From contig JBDRNC010000017.1 in the NCBI GenBank assembly GCA_043811535.1, positions 160,001 to 224,000 of the forward strand: a stretch of 64,000 nt of DNA, read 5' to 3'. Below, in pieces: positions 19,535 through 30,183 of this stretch; position 1 is the first letter of the stretch; every line of letters starts with the position of its first letter. The translations under genes were made by a program, and so were the position numbers. The notes below the pieces were generated by a model, which had not been told where the DNA came from, did not search any database, and saw only the letters and a program-made list of their open reading frames with translations. This DNA comes from Elusimicrobiota bacterium (GTDB taxonomy: Bacteria > Elusimicrobiota > Endomicrobiia > Endomicrobiales > JBDRNC01).

Positions 19535-20782
19535 TCATTCCTGAATAGTTTTTTCCGGGTTTTTCAGGCCTTCGGTCAGCAGGATAGCGTGGGCGATCTC
19601 TTTCATCGTTCTTCGCATGTTCATCGCCTGCCGCTGTATGAACTGGAACGCTTCTTCCTCGGTCATGCCGCGTCCCTTCATCAGTATCCCTTTGGCTTTT
19701 TCGACCTGCTTGCGGGTTTCAAGGGCTTCCTGCGCGGCCTGCGTTTCTTCGAACAGCCGCGTATTCTCTATCGCGACGGCCGCCTGGTTCGCCACGGTCT
19801 GGAGGATATCCTTTTCATCGTCGGTGAAATGGTGAGGCACTACCGTGTAGATGTTAACCACGCCGATAGGTTTGTTCTTTATCAGCAGCGGGACCGCGAG
19901 CATTGAGCAAAGCCCTTCCTGCTTCGCTATTTCCGGATATCCGTACTGCGGTTCAACCTTAACATCGAGGATCGCGACCGGTTGAAGCGTTTCCACTGCT
20001 TTGCCCGATATCGACATACCTACCTTCAAGGGCGGTTTTTTAAGGTATTTCTCTGAAAGACTCTGCGTGGACACTATCTTCAATTCCTGTTTTTTACTGT
20101 CAAACAGCATCAGCGAACATATCTTGGAGTTCATCATCTGCGCGGTCATCGTGACAATTAGCTGAAGTATTTCCTGCAAGTACGAGCTTGACACTATCGT
20201 GCGGGACAATTGGGCTATAGTTTCAAGCTGTTTGGTCTTTGTGACGGCGAGCTGTTGAAGGCGCGTTTTTTCTATGACGGCCGCTATCTGATTGGAAACC
20301 GATGTCAGGAGTTTTGTGAGGCTTTCGCCGTAATTCCTGGGCTTGCGGTTCTGAAGGTTGATGACGCCGATAAGTTCATTCTTGAGCGTTATTGGTATGG
20401 AGAGAAAAGCCGCGTACCTGTCTTCGGGAAGGTTGGAGAAGAATTTAAACCTTGAATCCTTAAAAGCGTTTTTTGAAAGGACTACTGGTTTCTTATGCGA
20501 GGCGACCCAGCCCGTTATTCCCTCTCCGGAACCCAACCGCAGTTTGCCGACATGGTTGGGATGCGGCGGACACGCGCCGGAAAGTATCAGGCTCTGGGAT
20601 GAGTGTTCGAGCAGGTAAATAAGACAGCTGTCGCATTTGAGACTCACGGCGAGCGATCTGGCTATCTGTGTCAGCAGGGAATCGAGATCGTTGGACTGCG
20701 TGACGATATCTACAATATGATGCAGCAGCGTTATCTCGATTTTTAAATCTTTGATGCCAGGTTGTTTTAGTTTTTTAGGCAT
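19535..20782 (-). CDS. GAF-GAF-ANTAR RNA-binding regulator
   Basis: Two GAF repeats (GEGITGWVA; SMLAVPL..IGVVNIY), C-terminal ANTAR (RKQVEKAKGILM..EEEAFQFIQRQAM). Confidence 0.9.
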   Translation of the reverse strand: MPKKLKQPGIKDLKIEITLLHHIVDIVTQSNDLDSLLTQIARSLAVSLKCDSCLIYLLEHSSQSLILSGACPPHPNHVGKLRLGSGEGITGWVASHKKPVVLSKNAFKDSRFKFFSNLPEDRYAAFLSIPITLKNELIGVINLQNRKPRNYGESLTKLLTSVSNQIAAVIEKTRLQQLAVTKTKQLETIAQLSRTIVSSSYLQEILQLIVTMTAQMMNSKICSLMLFDSKKQELKIVSTQSLSEKYLKKPPLKVGMSISGKAVETLQPVAILDVKVEPQYGYPEIAKQEGLCSMLAVPLLIKNKPIGVVNIYTVVPHHFTDDEKDILQTVANQAAVAIENTRLFEETQAAQEALETRKQVEKAKGILMKGRGMTEEEAFQFIQRQAMNMRRTMKEIAHAILLTEGLKNPEKTIQE

Positions 20783-20807
20783 TTTTTACTCTTTCAAGTG
20801 TCTTTAA

Positions 20808-20903
20808 TTAGCGAGTAAGCCTGTAAGCGAGTGAGCAAGTAAGTAAGGAATCATTTCTGAAGTTGTTGCTTACTCGCTGTCTTTACGTACTCGCTTACTT
20901 GCC
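20808..20903. repeat. Octamer-repeat inverted hairpin (GCGAGTAA type)
   Basis: agcgagtaagc..gcgagtgagcaagtaag versus ttactcgct..tactcgcttacttgc. Confidence 0.7.
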
Positions 20904-20908
20904 GTCAT

Positions 20909-23548
20909 TTACTTGCCGCAGCATTTTTTGTATTTTTTCCCGCTTCCGCACGGGCAAGGGTCGTTCCTGCCGATCTTGTCGGGTGCGTGCGCCTCCTGCT
21001 GTTCCGGTTGTTTCAATATATTTTTTTGCCGTTGAACGCCCGAGAGCTGCGCAGGTTCCGGTTTTTCGGCGGAAACGGTGTTTACCGGCTGGGCCCTGCG
21101 CGCCGGCTGCGCGACAACCTGCACTTTGAAAAGATATTCCAGCGTTGCTTCGCGTATGCGCCTCATCATCTGTTCGAACATCGCGAACGATTCGCGCTGG
21201 TATTCTATTTTGGGGTCTTTCTGCCCGTAAGCCCTGAGGCCTATCCCTTTCTTTACCTGATCAAGGTCATAAAGATGTTCCTTCCACGCAGTGTCTATCA
21301 TCTGGAGAAGAATCATCCGTTCAATATGATGAAGCAACGGAGTCGTAAGCTCGTTCTCGCGTTTTTGATATGCCGTCTCGGCTCTTTCCGTAACGACCGC
21401 TTCGAACTGTTCCGGCCGCATGGAAAGAAGTTTGTCATTAGGGATGTCCAGTTTCGCGTTGAAAGTCCTGGAAAGCCAGGCGTCCATGCTCGTCACATCC
21501 CATTGCTCGGCGTATAATTTTGCCGGCGCCCAAAGGCCCGTTTTTTCTTCGATGGACTCGGACATCATGTCTTTTATCGTCTGAGAAAGGTCTTCGCCTT
21601 CAAGTATCTCGTTGCGCAGGCGGTAGATGGCCTCGCGCTGCTTGTTCATGACGTTGTCATAATCCAGAAGCTGTTTCCTTATGTCAAAGTTCATCGCTTC
21701 CACTTTTGTCTGCGCGTTCTCTATGGCTTTCGATATCCACGGGTGCTGTATCTCTTCGCCTTCCTGCATGCCGAGCCTCTGCATCAGTCCCGAAATCCTT
21801 TCGGAGCCGAAAAGGCGCATGAGCTCATCGTCAAGCGAAAGATAAAATCTCGAAGAGCCCGGGTCGCCCTGCCTGCCCGAGCGGCCCCTGAGCTGATTAT
21901 CTATCCTGCGGGCTTCGTGTCTTTCGGTGCCTAGTATGTGGAGCCCGCCCAGGCTTTTGATCTCTTCCTGTTCGCCCGGGTCCGGCGTCGAACCGCCCAG
22001 CACGATATCCGTTCCGCGTCCCGCCATATTAGTGGCTATCGTTATCGCGGACCTTTTTCCTGCCTGCGCGATTATCTGCGCTTCCATCTCGTGATATTTC
22101 GCGTTAAGAACCTGGTGCGGCACGCCTTTTCGCCTCAGCATCGCGGAGATCTTTTCGGATTTTTCTATGGAACGCGTGCCCACGAGGACCGGCTGCCGTT
22201 TTCTCCAAAGCGCGTCTATTTCGTTGGTTATGGCTTCGTATTTTTCCTTTTCCGTCCTGTATATCATGTCGGGATTATCCGCCCTTACCATCTTGCGGTG
22301 CGTCGGTATTTCTAAGACGTCCAGCTTGTAGATTTCCCAGAATTCGGAAGCCTCGGTAAGCGCCGTGCCGGTCATTCCCGCGAGTTTTTTGTACATGCGG
22401 AAGAAATTCTGGAAAGTTATTGTGGCGAGCGTCTGGTTTTCCTCGGCGATGCGCATGTTTTCTTTGGCTTCCACGGCCTGGTGCAATCCTTCCGACCAGC
22501 GTCTTCCGGGCATCAGACGGCCCGTGAACTCGTCTACTATTAAAACCTCGCCGTCCTTGACCACGTAGTCCACATCGCGGTGGTACAGGTTATGCGCCCT
22601 CAGCGCCTGGTTTATGTGGTGCACCCATTCGGATTGTATGTCGTCGTAGATATTCTTTATGCCCAGAAGTTTTTCGGATTTGGTAACTCCCTGTTCGGTA
22701 AGCACTATTGAATGATTTTTTTCGTCAACGAGATAATCGTAACCTTCGCTCAGGTTGATGCCTTTGTATTTCGCGTTAATCTCTTCGGATTCGGTTGTCT
22801 TGCGTCCCTTCAGGTGCGGGACGACGCGGTTGCAGACATAGTATTTGTCTGTGGATTCTTCGGCGGGCCCGGAAATAATGAGAGGGGTCCTGGCTTCGTC
22901 TATGAGGATGGAGTCGACCTCGTCGACTATCGCGTAGTTAAGAGGGCGCAAAACGCGCTCCTCTTTGGAAATGACCATGTTATCGCGCAGGTAGTCGAAA
23001 CCTATCTCGTTATTCGTGACGTAGGTGACATCGCAGTTGTAGGCCTGTTGCCTTTCGGAATTAGGCATGTCGTGCTGCACAAAACCGACCGTCAGCCCGA
23101 GAAATTCATAAACGGGCCCCATCCAGCTACGGTCGCGTTTTGCGAGGTAATCGTTGACCGTTACGACGTGCACGCCTTTGCCCTCAAGAGCGTTGAGATA
23201 CACCGACAGCGTCGCGACAAGCGTTTTGCCTTCGCCGGTCTTCATTTCGGCGATCCTGCCCTGGTGCAGCGTGAGTCCGCCCATCATCTGGACGTCAAAA
23301 TGCCGCAGGCCTATCGCGCGCTTTGACGCTTCTCTAACGCACGCAAAAGCCTCCGGCAGGAGGTCGTTAAGCGTCTCACCCCCGGCAAGCCTTTCGCGGA
23401 ATTCCGCGGTTTTCGCCTTGAGCTGCTCGTCGTTCAGGCCGGAGATATCCTGGTCAAACGAATTTATTTCCTCAACAATTGGAGCGAATTTCTTAAGCTC
23501 GCGCTCGTTGCTGGACCCGAATATCGCGCCCATCAGTGTTTTTATCAT
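20909..23548 (-). CDS. secA: Preprotein translocase subunit SecA
   Basis: [28 protein letters not shown]-terminal [22 protein letters not shown]. Confidence 0.98.
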   Translation of the reverse strand: MIKTLMGAIFGSSNERELKKFAPIVEEINSFDQDISGLNDEQLKAKTAEFRERLAGGETLNDLLPEAFACVREASKRAIGLRHFDVQMMGGLTLHQGRIAEMKTGEGKTLVATLSVYLNALEGKGVHVVTVNDYLAKRDRSWMGPVYEFLGLTVGFVQHDMPNSERQQAYNCDVTYVTNNEIGFDYLRDNMVISKEERVLRPLNYAIVDEVDSILIDEARTPLIISGPAEESTDKYYVCNRVVPHLKGRKTTESEEINAKYKGINLSEGYDYLVDEKNHSIVLTEQGVTKSEKLLGIKNIYDDIQSEWVHHINQALRAHNLYHRDVDYVVKDGEVLIVDEFTGRLMPGRRWSEGLHQAVEAKENMRIAEENQTLATITFQNFFRMYKKLAGMTGTALTEASEFWEIYKLDVLEIPTHRKMVRADNPDMIYRTEKEKYEAITNEIDALWRKRQPVLVGTRSIEKSEKISAMLRRKGVPHQVLNAKYHEMEAQIIAQAGKRSAITIATNMAGRGTDIVLGGSTPDPGEQEEIKSLGGLHILGTERHEARRIDNQLRGRSGRQGDPGSSRFYLSLDDELMRLFGSERISGLMQRLGMQEGEEIQHPWISKAIENAQTKVEAMNFDIRKQLLDYDNVMNKQREAIYRLRNEILEGEDLSQTIKDMMSESIEEKTGLWAPAKLYAEQWDVTSMDAWLSRTFNAKLDIPNDKLLSMRPEQFEAVVTERAETAYQKRENELTTPLLHHIERMILLQMIDTAWKEHLYDLDQVKKGIGLRAYGQKDPKIEYQRESFAMFEQMMRRIREATLEYLFKVQVVAQPARRAQPVNTVSAEKPEPAQLSGVQRQKNILKQPEQQEAHAPDKIGRNDPCPCGSGKKYKKCCGK

Positions 23549-23594
23549 AAATTCCCGTTTTCCAATGACAAAAATATTTACTTATGAAGCCGTC

Positions 23595-23623
23595 ATTATA
23601 TAAAATTATTACTGTATTATCAA
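23595..23623 (-). promoter_or_regulatory. Sigma70-type promoter of secA
   Basis: TTGATA (23618-23623), 17 bp, TATAAT (23595-23600). Confidence 0.65.
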
Positions 23624-23654
23624 ACAAAAAGCCCCAGACAGATAACCCGGGGCT
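23622..23654 (-). terminator. Rho-independent terminator downstream of the lipoate ligase gene
   Basis: Minus strand AGCCCC..GGGGCT stem followed by TTTTGTTT. Confidence 0.6.
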
Positions 23655-23711
23655 GCTCAAATGTTCACTAGTTATTTATAGGCAGCAAGAAATAGTCATG
23701 TAGCATCTATC

Positions 23712-23802
23712 AATTGTGCAATGTGTGATGTTATATGTTTAATGAATTAGTTTTTTCTTTACGTGGTTTTCATTACACATTACACTTTAAACATTACACA
23801 GT
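23712..23802. repeat. Heptamer-repeat inverted hairpin (ATTACAC type)
   Basis: tgtgcaa tgtgtga tgttata tgtttaa tgaa ... ttcattacacattacac; related copies at 43168 and 52517. Confidence 0.75.
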
Positions 23803-23807
23803 GTTTT

Positions 23808-24497
23808 TCAGTACTTCTTATTCCACGTATCCGATTTATATTTTTCTTCAATTAGGGAGCGCATTGCCGCGGTTTCGGATTCGCCGAAATTGTAGTCGGT
23901 TATCCGGATATCAAGGCATTTTTCAAAGCTGTTCCTAGCGGCCGAAGAAAATACGCCGAAAAACTTCCCTGCGTCAATGTGCACCGAGCCCTGCTGGAGA
24001 AGCACCTCCCCTCTTCTCCGCTGACTTGAACCAAGTATTTTTCTTCCCTTTACGTGAAGATCATACGGAAAAAACGTCTGGACGCATAGAGGATTTCCCG
24101 ACGGGGGTTTTTGTTTCAGTTCGGGATAAAATTCGGCCTGGAATCCCATCGAAATCAGAATATCTTTTATGCATGTGTGGAACTTATGGTAGGTTTCCTC
24201 CTGATTGTAAACGTGCGGCCAGTCGGCTTTTCCGGCGACGATAGAATAGGAGATGTCCTTGCCGTGAAATACCGCGAGCCCGCCGGTAGGCCTTCTGGTG
24301 ATCTCCATCCCGCTGCCGGAAAACTCGGAATGTTTCTGGAAATAGCCCATGGTTATGCAGGGTTTTTCCCAGTTATATATCCTTATCACGGGGCCGTAAT
24401 CCGGATTTTGCACGGCTGACAGGAAAACGGATTCGTCAGCCGCCATGTTTTCCGGTCCGCTTGCCGGTTTTGAAATGATAAGCCGCCATGTTCTCAT
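23808..24497 (-). CDS. Lipoate-protein ligase A / octanoyltransferase (LipM-like)
   Basis: NMAADE, RRPTGGLAVFH, KILGSSQRR, LQQGS. Confidence 0.85.
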   Translation of the reverse strand: MRTWRLIISKPASGPENMAADESVFLSAVQNPDYGPVIRIYNWEKPCITMGYFQKHSEFSGSGMEITRRPTGGLAVFHGKDISYSIVAGKADWPHVYNQEETYHKFHTCIKDILISMGFQAEFYPELKQKPPSGNPLCVQTFFPYDLHVKGRKILGSSQRRRGEVLLQQGSVHIDAGKFFGVFSSAARNSFEKCLDIRITDYNFGESETAAMRSLIEEKYKSDTWNKKY

Positions 24498-24511
24498 ATA
24501 TTCCTTATTTT

Positions 24512-24613
24512 TCCCCCTTTTCCAGAGGGGGATTCAAGGGGGATTTTTAAAATCTCCCCTATCCGCTTCCCCAGACTACACGGGGTCCAAAGACTTACTT
24601 TACGAAAGAGGGG
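24512..24613. repeat. REP-like palindrome (CCCCCTTT..AGGGGGA family)
   Basis: tcccccttttccagaggggga, agggggatt..aatctcccct, distal aaagagggg. Confidence 0.55.
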
Positions 24614-24616
24614 TAG

Positions 24617-24961
24617 TTATTTGTAATCTTTTTCCTTTTTCAATAACCGCATCTTCGTTTTTATACCCCCGGGACCGGAGAAACCGCCTAAGATCCCGTC
24701 GCTTTTTATTACCCTGTGGCAAGGAACATATGGAGCGAACGGATTCCTGGCAAGCGCCTGAGCGACGGCCCTTGCGCCTTTCGGGCAGCCGATCCTTTTC
24801 GCTATCTCGCCGTAGCTTAGCGTGCTTCCCCTGGGGATCCTTGCGCATTCGCGCCAGACTTTCTGAAAAAACCTGGGATATTCGCGGAACTTCCGCATGA
24901 CATGTTTTGGCAGGCCCCGTATACCTTTTTTGGGCATGCGACTGTGTTTCCCATGACTCAT
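24617..24961 (-). CDS. ogt: O6-alkylguanine-DNA alkyltransferase (single domain)
   Basis: IPRGSTLSYGEIA, ARAVAQA, active-site PCHRV; start may be 24961 or 24937. Confidence 0.8.
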   Translation of the reverse strand: MSHGKHSRMPKKGIRGLPKHVMRKFREYPRFFQKVWRECARIPRGSTLSYGEIAKRIGCPKGARAVAQALARNPFAPYVPCHRVIKSDGILGGFSGPGGIKTKMRLLKKEKDYK

Positions 24962-25022
24962 AACTTTAGTGTTAGAGTCCGGAGAAATATCCAAGTTTAC
25001 CGAATAGGTTATACGGGGAAGA

Positions 25023-25751
25023 CTAGCGGGCATTGTAAATGTTGAGGCATCCTTTTTCGTCCATATATGAGTTCATTTTATCTCTGGCCTTGTAATTTCT
25101 GTAATAGCTGAAAACGTCTTTCACGTATTTTTTGGTTTCGCGGTAAGGAGGTATATTTTTATATTTTTTGACAGCCGACGGCCCGGCATTATAGGCCGCG
25201 AGGGCCATTTCCATGTCACCGTCGAATTCGTCAAGCATGTAGCTGAGGTATCTTGTTCCGGCGCTTATGTTCTCGCTGGGAGAGAAAATATCTTTTACGC
25301 CCATCAACCTTGCCGTGTCCGGCATCAGTTGCATCAGCCCGCAGGCGCCTTTTGAAGAGACATCGCCCGGCTTGAAGTTTGATTCGGCTTTCATAACCGC
25401 TTTCACCAGCGAAGGGTCCACTTTATGCTTTTTCGCGGATTCGTGGATCATGTTGTCATAAGGAGTTGAAAGGGCGCTGCCGGGAGCGGATTTTATTCCC
25501 GGAGTTATCTTCATTGCTGTTATGAATTTTTCCGTTGCCGTGTCTTTTAGGGAATAAAGAATTATCCTTTGTATTTCGCTCTTCTCAAATTTTATCGAAC
25601 CGGTCTTAAGCGCTATGCTGCAGCTTCCGTCCGGGAACTTGGAGATATCGCCTTTAAGGCTTTTCCCGTTGACAAGGATGACCTTTCCGGAAGCCGCGTT
25701 CAACGGCAAGGAAAAATATAAAATTAAAAATAAAAAATAGAAAATACGCAT
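25023..25751 (-). CDS. Lytic transglycosylase (SLT domain), exported
   Basis: Signal peptide from ATG 25751; ESNF, GACGLMQLMP, ALAAYNAG motifs. Confidence 0.9.
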   Translation of the reverse strand: MRIFYFLFLILYFSLPLNAASGKVILVNGKSLKGDISKFPDGSCSIALKTGSIKFEKSEIQRIILYSLKDTATEKFITAMKITPGIKSAPGSALSTPYDNMIHESAKKHKVDPSLVKAVMKAESNFKPGDVSSKGACGLMQLMPDTARLMGVKDIFSPSENISAGTRYLSYMLDEFDGDMEMALAAYNAGPSAVKKYKNIPPYRETKKYVKDVFSYYRNYKARDKMNSYMDEKGCLNIYNAR

Positions 25752-25809
25752 ATTAATTATATAACAGATATACCGGCAATAGTCAAGAACAAAACCATTC
25801 CACCTGCGC

Positions 25810-25854
25810 AAGAAAGGGGGCAGTTCTTTTTATAAAAGAGCAGTCCCCTTCCTT
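25810..25854. repeat. Palindrome at the edge of the AT-rich gene
   Basis: aagggggcagttctttt / aaaagagcagtcccctt imperfect inverted repeat. Confidence 0.5.
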
Positions 25855-25888
25855 TTACTAGAATTTTGAATAGTATTACTCGTCTATT

Positions 25889-27727
25889 TTACTTATTTTG
25901 TATTTTATTATGTTTAGCCACATCAATATTAGATGAAATCCTTTTTTTAACATCCGGATCGGCAGCCAAAGAGAATGCTCTTTTCCATAAAGAGTTAGCC
26001 ATTTCATGGTTGCCCATCTTGAATTCCGTACATGCTAAACCATCCATAGCCTCTACATATTTACTATCTTCTTTTAATGTCAATGAATAATACTTTTTTG
26101 CATTTTTATAGTCTTTTAAAACAAAATATATGCTCCCCAAATTATACAGCGTTTCATTATTAGGGGCAATCTCAAGTGATTTTTCAAACCAATATTTTGC
26201 TTGAATATAATCTTCTGTTTCATAATATATTGAACCAAGTTGTTGATAGTTATGAATCGATGCGGCATCATATGCTATACCTTTAAGAAAATATCTTTTC
26301 GCGCCTTCAATGTCACCTCTTCTCTTTGCAAAAATGCCTTTCCAGTAATAATCGCCTATCATTTCATTGGATAATAACGGCACATGGGATAATAATGCGA
26401 AAAATATTGAAAATACTATGAAGATCGTCGCATTTCTGTAACATTTTTGTTTCAATTGCTTAATAAACCATACAAACGTATATGAAACAAATACAATTAT
26501 TATTGGTATTGCTGGAAGCCTGTATTCAGATAACATAAAGAAAATCATTATTGTGGCTATATTTACAGCCAAGAACATCCTCAATAGGTTGCTTTTAGCA
26601 TCATTGTGATAAATAATAAATATAAACATGAACAATGAAAATGGCGCAATAATAATATAATTCGGTAAATATGCAAGTATTTTCGAGTAGCTTTTAAATA
26701 AATGAAAAGGATAATTACTGGGTATTTCGTTTACGTTTATGAAAAGTAATAGTTTCTTTACAGTTATATTCATGGCATTAAAAGGATTGTTTACGATAAA
26801 AGATAATCCTTTATTAAACCAATAACTATTCATTTCCGAATATGTTATTTGCTTCCCGATTGATTTCTCTGCTTCTTTATAAAAATAATCCAACATGTAT
26901 TCTGGATGACTTAAGCCGGAAGAAGCGCCAAACATGGCTGAATTCGATCCATTCGCCCGTATATTATTGCCTAAATAAAAATTAATTCCACTACTAACAC
27001 TTGAAACATATGGTTGCTTAAAAACAATATAATTCCTTACTATTACAGGCGATAAAATAACTAATAATCCAAATAATAAATATGCGAATAACACAAACCA
27101 TTTTCTTTGGTATAGTATAAACCAAATTAATACTAAGGGAACATACAGTAAAATATTGGGTCTAAATAAAGAAGATAATCCTAAAATAATTCCTATTAAT
27201 ACACTTAATGCGATTTTTGGGTTATCCATCAACTTAATTAATAGAAATATGGCAATTAAATTTAAAATATTAATCCAAACAAACGTTGAAAAAAGACCCT
27301 CGTAAAAGATAAAAACACTATAACAGCTGTATAATAATCCGGATATTATACCCGATGTTTGATTAAAAGTCTCTTTTGCTATCAAATAAACTATTACTGC
27401 TGATATTGACCCAACAACGAACTGAATAATAGGAATAACAAGATTTGACGGACCCATAATCCAGAATATTAAGGCCAATAAATATGGATATCCCGGATTA
27501 AGAAAAAACAGTTTTTGACCGATTAATTCCCCCGTATTTACTATATGCCAAGCCCATTCATAATATATTTTTGCGTCGGCAACAGGTGCAGTCAATAATG
27601 TATTATTTCTTATCTCGCATAGATAAACCAGTCTGATAACCATAGATATCGCAAATATAACTATCGGCCAAAAATAAATATTATTTATCAATGTATTCGC
27701 AGAATATCTATATTTATTGCTAATCAT
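25889..27727 (-). CDS. Multi-TM GT-C/PMT-like (GT39-like) glycosyltransferase with C-terminal TPRs
   Basis: DAKIYYEWA and NPGYPYLLA N-terminal motifs, LFRPN, many TM segments, TPR helices; markedly AT-rich. Confidence 0.7.
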   Translation of the reverse strand: MISNKYRYSANTLINNIYFWPIVIFAISMVIRLVYLCEIRNNTLLTAPVADAKIYYEWAWHIVNTGELIGQKLFFLNPGYPYLLALIFWIMGPSNLVIPIIQFVVGSISAVIVYLIAKETFNQTSGIISGLLYSCYSVFIFYEGLFSTFVWINILNLIAIFLLIKLMDNPKIALSVLIGIILGLSSLFRPNILLYVPLVLIWFILYQRKWFVLFAYLLFGLLVILSPVIVRNYIVFKQPYVSSVSSGINFYLGNNIRANGSNSAMFGASSGLSHPEYMLDYFYKEAEKSIGKQITYSEMNSYWFNKGLSFIVNNPFNAMNITVKKLLLFINVNEIPSNYPFHLFKSYSKILAYLPNYIIIAPFSLFMFIFIIYHNDAKSNLLRMFLAVNIATIMIFFMLSEYRLPAIPIIIVFVSYTFVWFIKQLKQKCYRNATIFIVFSIFFALLSHVPLLSNEMIGDYYWKGIFAKRRGDIEGAKRYFLKGIAYDAASIHNYQQLGSIYYETEDYIQAKYWFEKSLEIAPNNETLYNLGSIYFVLKDYKNAKKYYSLTLKEDSKYVEAMDGLACTEFKMGNHEMANSLWKRAFSLAADPDVKKRISSNIDVAKHNKIQNK

Positions 27728-27988
27728 AGGTTAACCTAATTAATATTTATCATTTTAATTTGTTTAAACATGCATTCCTTAAAAACAGAATATTCCGTTA
27801 CAGTATTCCTGTCAACGGAGATTTTATGTCGTATTTGTTCAGGCGATGGGCAAACGTTTCGCCGTTAACGAGATACCAGATACGAGACGACTAACAATAA
27901 TATAATTTCATCGAAGTACCCGTCAGGGTATACTAGATACTGTTGTTAATGGATTGGTTCCGTAGCGAATGTGCTCAAGCCGTTATGC

Positions 27989-28747
27989 CTATGTTTTAAC
28001 GGCTTTGATTCTTGTTTTAAGCATATCTTTTGGGACTACGCCGTCGCCTTCGGGGTTGATAACCGGCTCGCCGTTTACATAAATTCCCCTGCCTATTTTC
28101 GTATTTCCGAAGCCGGCATCAAAATCGCGCAGGACCACTTTTCCCGGGAATCCGGCGCAAACCTCTCTCGCATTCTGAACATCCGTGATGCATGTGGGGC
28201 AAATCGAGTTCCAGTAAACATCAATCGTTATTTTGCCCGGGATCGGTTTGTAGGCATAGGGTTCGGAATAGAACGACGGCTTTGGGGCGTCGGCCCATTT
28301 CTTGACCATGAGCACGGTCTCTCCGTTACGTTCAACTTCTTCGAAACCGAGTTTTTTGAAGAAAGCGAACGGCATGAACCAAAAATCATTGTCGAAAGCG
28401 ATTACGGCGATTCCTTTCGTAGTTTTCTTCAGATCACGTTCCAGGGCTTCGATCATCGCGCGCCCGCGGCCGGCTCCGGTTTTCTTCTCATATACATCCT
28501 TGTAATGAACACATATGCACGGGATATAGTAAAGTTCTTTCCCTGCCGCGTACCAGGCCCATTCGATAGGGACAGCCTGTACGAATCCTGCGGGTTTGCC
28601 GCCGTCGACAGCGACTTTGATGACTGCGCCTTTGCTAAGCGCATTGCGGATCCAATCAACCCTTTTCGATTCTTCTTTGCTTATGTCGTCATGGGTACAT
28701 TTCGCTACGTATCTGAGGTATTTTTCTGAAAAATCTACTACCTGCAT
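27989..28747 (-). CDS. GNAT-family acetyltransferase-like protein (YoaP-like)
   Basis: GAGRGRAMIE acetyl-CoA loop, FFKKLGF, C-terminal CxxC; start at ATG 28747 after GGAGGAG. Confidence 0.65.
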   Translation of the reverse strand: MQVVDFSEKYLRYVAKCTHDDISKEESKRVDWIRNALSKGAVIKVAVDGGKPAGFVQAVPIEWAWYAAGKELYYIPCICVHYKDVYEKKTGAGRGRAMIEALERDLKKTTKGIAVIAFDNDFWFMPFAFFKKLGFEEVERNGETVLMVKKWADAPKPSFYSEPYAYKPIPGKITIDVYWNSICPTCITDVQNAREVCAGFPGKVVLRDFDAGFGNTKIGRGIYVNGEPVINPEGDGVVPKDMLKTRIKAVKT

Positions 28748-28781
28748 ACACTCCTCCGATCTGCCGCGCGTTATCAAACGG

Positions 28782-30077
28782 TTATGATTGCGTCTCCATG
28801 CGCTTCTTACGGCGCAGCTTATGGTAAGTGACAGCAAACCGGTGCGCTTCATCCCTGACATGCTGTAAAATATGAAGTACTCCCGAATCCCTTTCCAGTT
28901 TCAACGGAGCGCTGTGTCCCGGCGAAAATATCTCTTCATTCTGTTTCGCAAGCGAAACAACAGGAATCTTTGTTCTGAGCGAATCCAGCGCCTGCGCGGC
29001 GGCGTTGAGCTGTCCGGGTCCTCCGTCGATGAGAATCAGGTCGGGATATTGCTTTTGCTCCTCTTTTAGCCGTTTGTATCTGCGAAACACTATTTCCCTT
29101 ATCATAGCGGTATCATCGATTCCGGTAATCGTCCTGATCTTGAACTTGCGGTAGCCGTTCTTGTCGGGCACTCCGTTCTGAAAACGCGACATTGAGCCGA
29201 CGGGATCGGTGCCGGACGTGTTTGAGATGTCAAAACATTCAATTATTACCGGAAGTTTAGGAAGGTTCAGCTTTTCTTTCATTTCTTCAAGGACCGATGT
29301 AGTTTTCAATGACTCCGCTATGTCACCGGCATGAATCTCGCGGAAAGTGACTTTCTGTCCCATCGTTTCAAGCGCGTTAACGCTGTCGCGCAGTTCCGCG
29401 GCTTTTTCAAACTCGGAGTTCCTGCTGGCCACCTGCATCTCCTTTTTCCACAGCGATATCAGGTTCCTGTATTTTCCTTTCAGAAAAAGTTTCAGCTTTG
29501 AAATATTCGCGGCGTACTCTTTTGCAGTCACTTTGCCCGCGCACGGAGCGGGGCACCTTCCGGTGTGCAGGTAAAGGCATGATTTTATCTTGTGTTCCGC
29601 CGGCAGCGAGTTCTCCGAAAAATCAAGCTTGCACGGGCGCCACATGAAAATTCTTCGAAGCCATTTTACAAGCGAGCGCATCTGCGCCGTGTTCGGATAC
29701 GGCCCGAAATATTCGCTCCCGTCGTTAAGTGTTTTCCTTGTCAATATGAGGCGCGGAAAATCCTCGCGCGTCAGTTTCAGTTGCGGATAGGATTTGTCGT
29801 CGCGCCACATCGAGTTGTAATAGGGCTTGTACTTGTGGATGAGCTGTCTTTCAAGTATGAGCGAGTCGCGCTCGGAGGCGCAGAGGATGTAATCGATATG
29901 GCGCAGGGACGATATTATCCCGGCGGTTTTCATATCGGGTGAATTCTTAAAATAGGAGGCGACTCTTTTTCTGAGGGCTTTTGCTTTTCCGATGTAGATT
30001 ATTTTCGCTGCGGAGTCCCGCATTATGTAAACGCCGGGGGTGTTCGGAAGCCTGAGAAAATCTATTTTGTTATTCAT
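28782..30077 (-). CDS. uvrC: Excinuclease ABC subunit C (short form)
   Basis: GIY-YIG (GVYIM..YIGKA), UVR motif, RNase H-like ECFDIS/DGG, RDEAHRFA; ends before the HhH domain. Confidence 0.9.
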   Translation of the reverse strand: MNNKIDFLRLPNTPGVYIMRDSAAKIIYIGKAKALRKRVASYFKNSPDMKTAGIISSLRHIDYILCASERDSLILERQLIHKYKPYYNSMWRDDKSYPQLKLTREDFPRLILTRKTLNDGSEYFGPYPNTAQMRSLVKWLRRIFMWRPCKLDFSENSLPAEHKIKSCLYLHTGRCPAPCAGKVTAKEYAANISKLKLFLKGKYRNLISLWKKEMQVASRNSEFEKAAELRDSVNALETMGQKVTFREIHAGDIAESLKTTSVLEEMKEKLNLPKLPVIIECFDISNTSGTDPVGSMSRFQNGVPDKNGYRKFKIRTITGIDDTAMIREIVFRRYKRLKEEQKQYPDLILIDGGPGQLNAAAQALDSLRTKIPVVSLAKQNEEIFSPGHSAPLKLERDSGVLHILQHVRDEAHRFAVTYHKLRRKKRMETQS

Positions 30078-30092
30078 CGGTTGATTGCCTAA

Positions 30093-30183
30093 ATTTACAA
30101 TGAACAGTGATCAATTGTCAGTGATCAGTTAAGGTAGATTTATGATAACTGCTCATTGCTAATTGTTAATTGTCAATTGTTAA
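30093..30183. repeat. Heptamer-repeat inverted hairpin
   Basis: tgaacag tgatcaa ttgtcag tgatcag ... ttgctaa ttgttaa ttgtcaa ttgttaa; overlaps the murJ stop. Confidence 0.7.

Noticed and set aside
24600..24848. 82-aa minus-strand ORF
   Set aside because: It is an alternate frame of the ogt-like gene, which has the PCHRV motif
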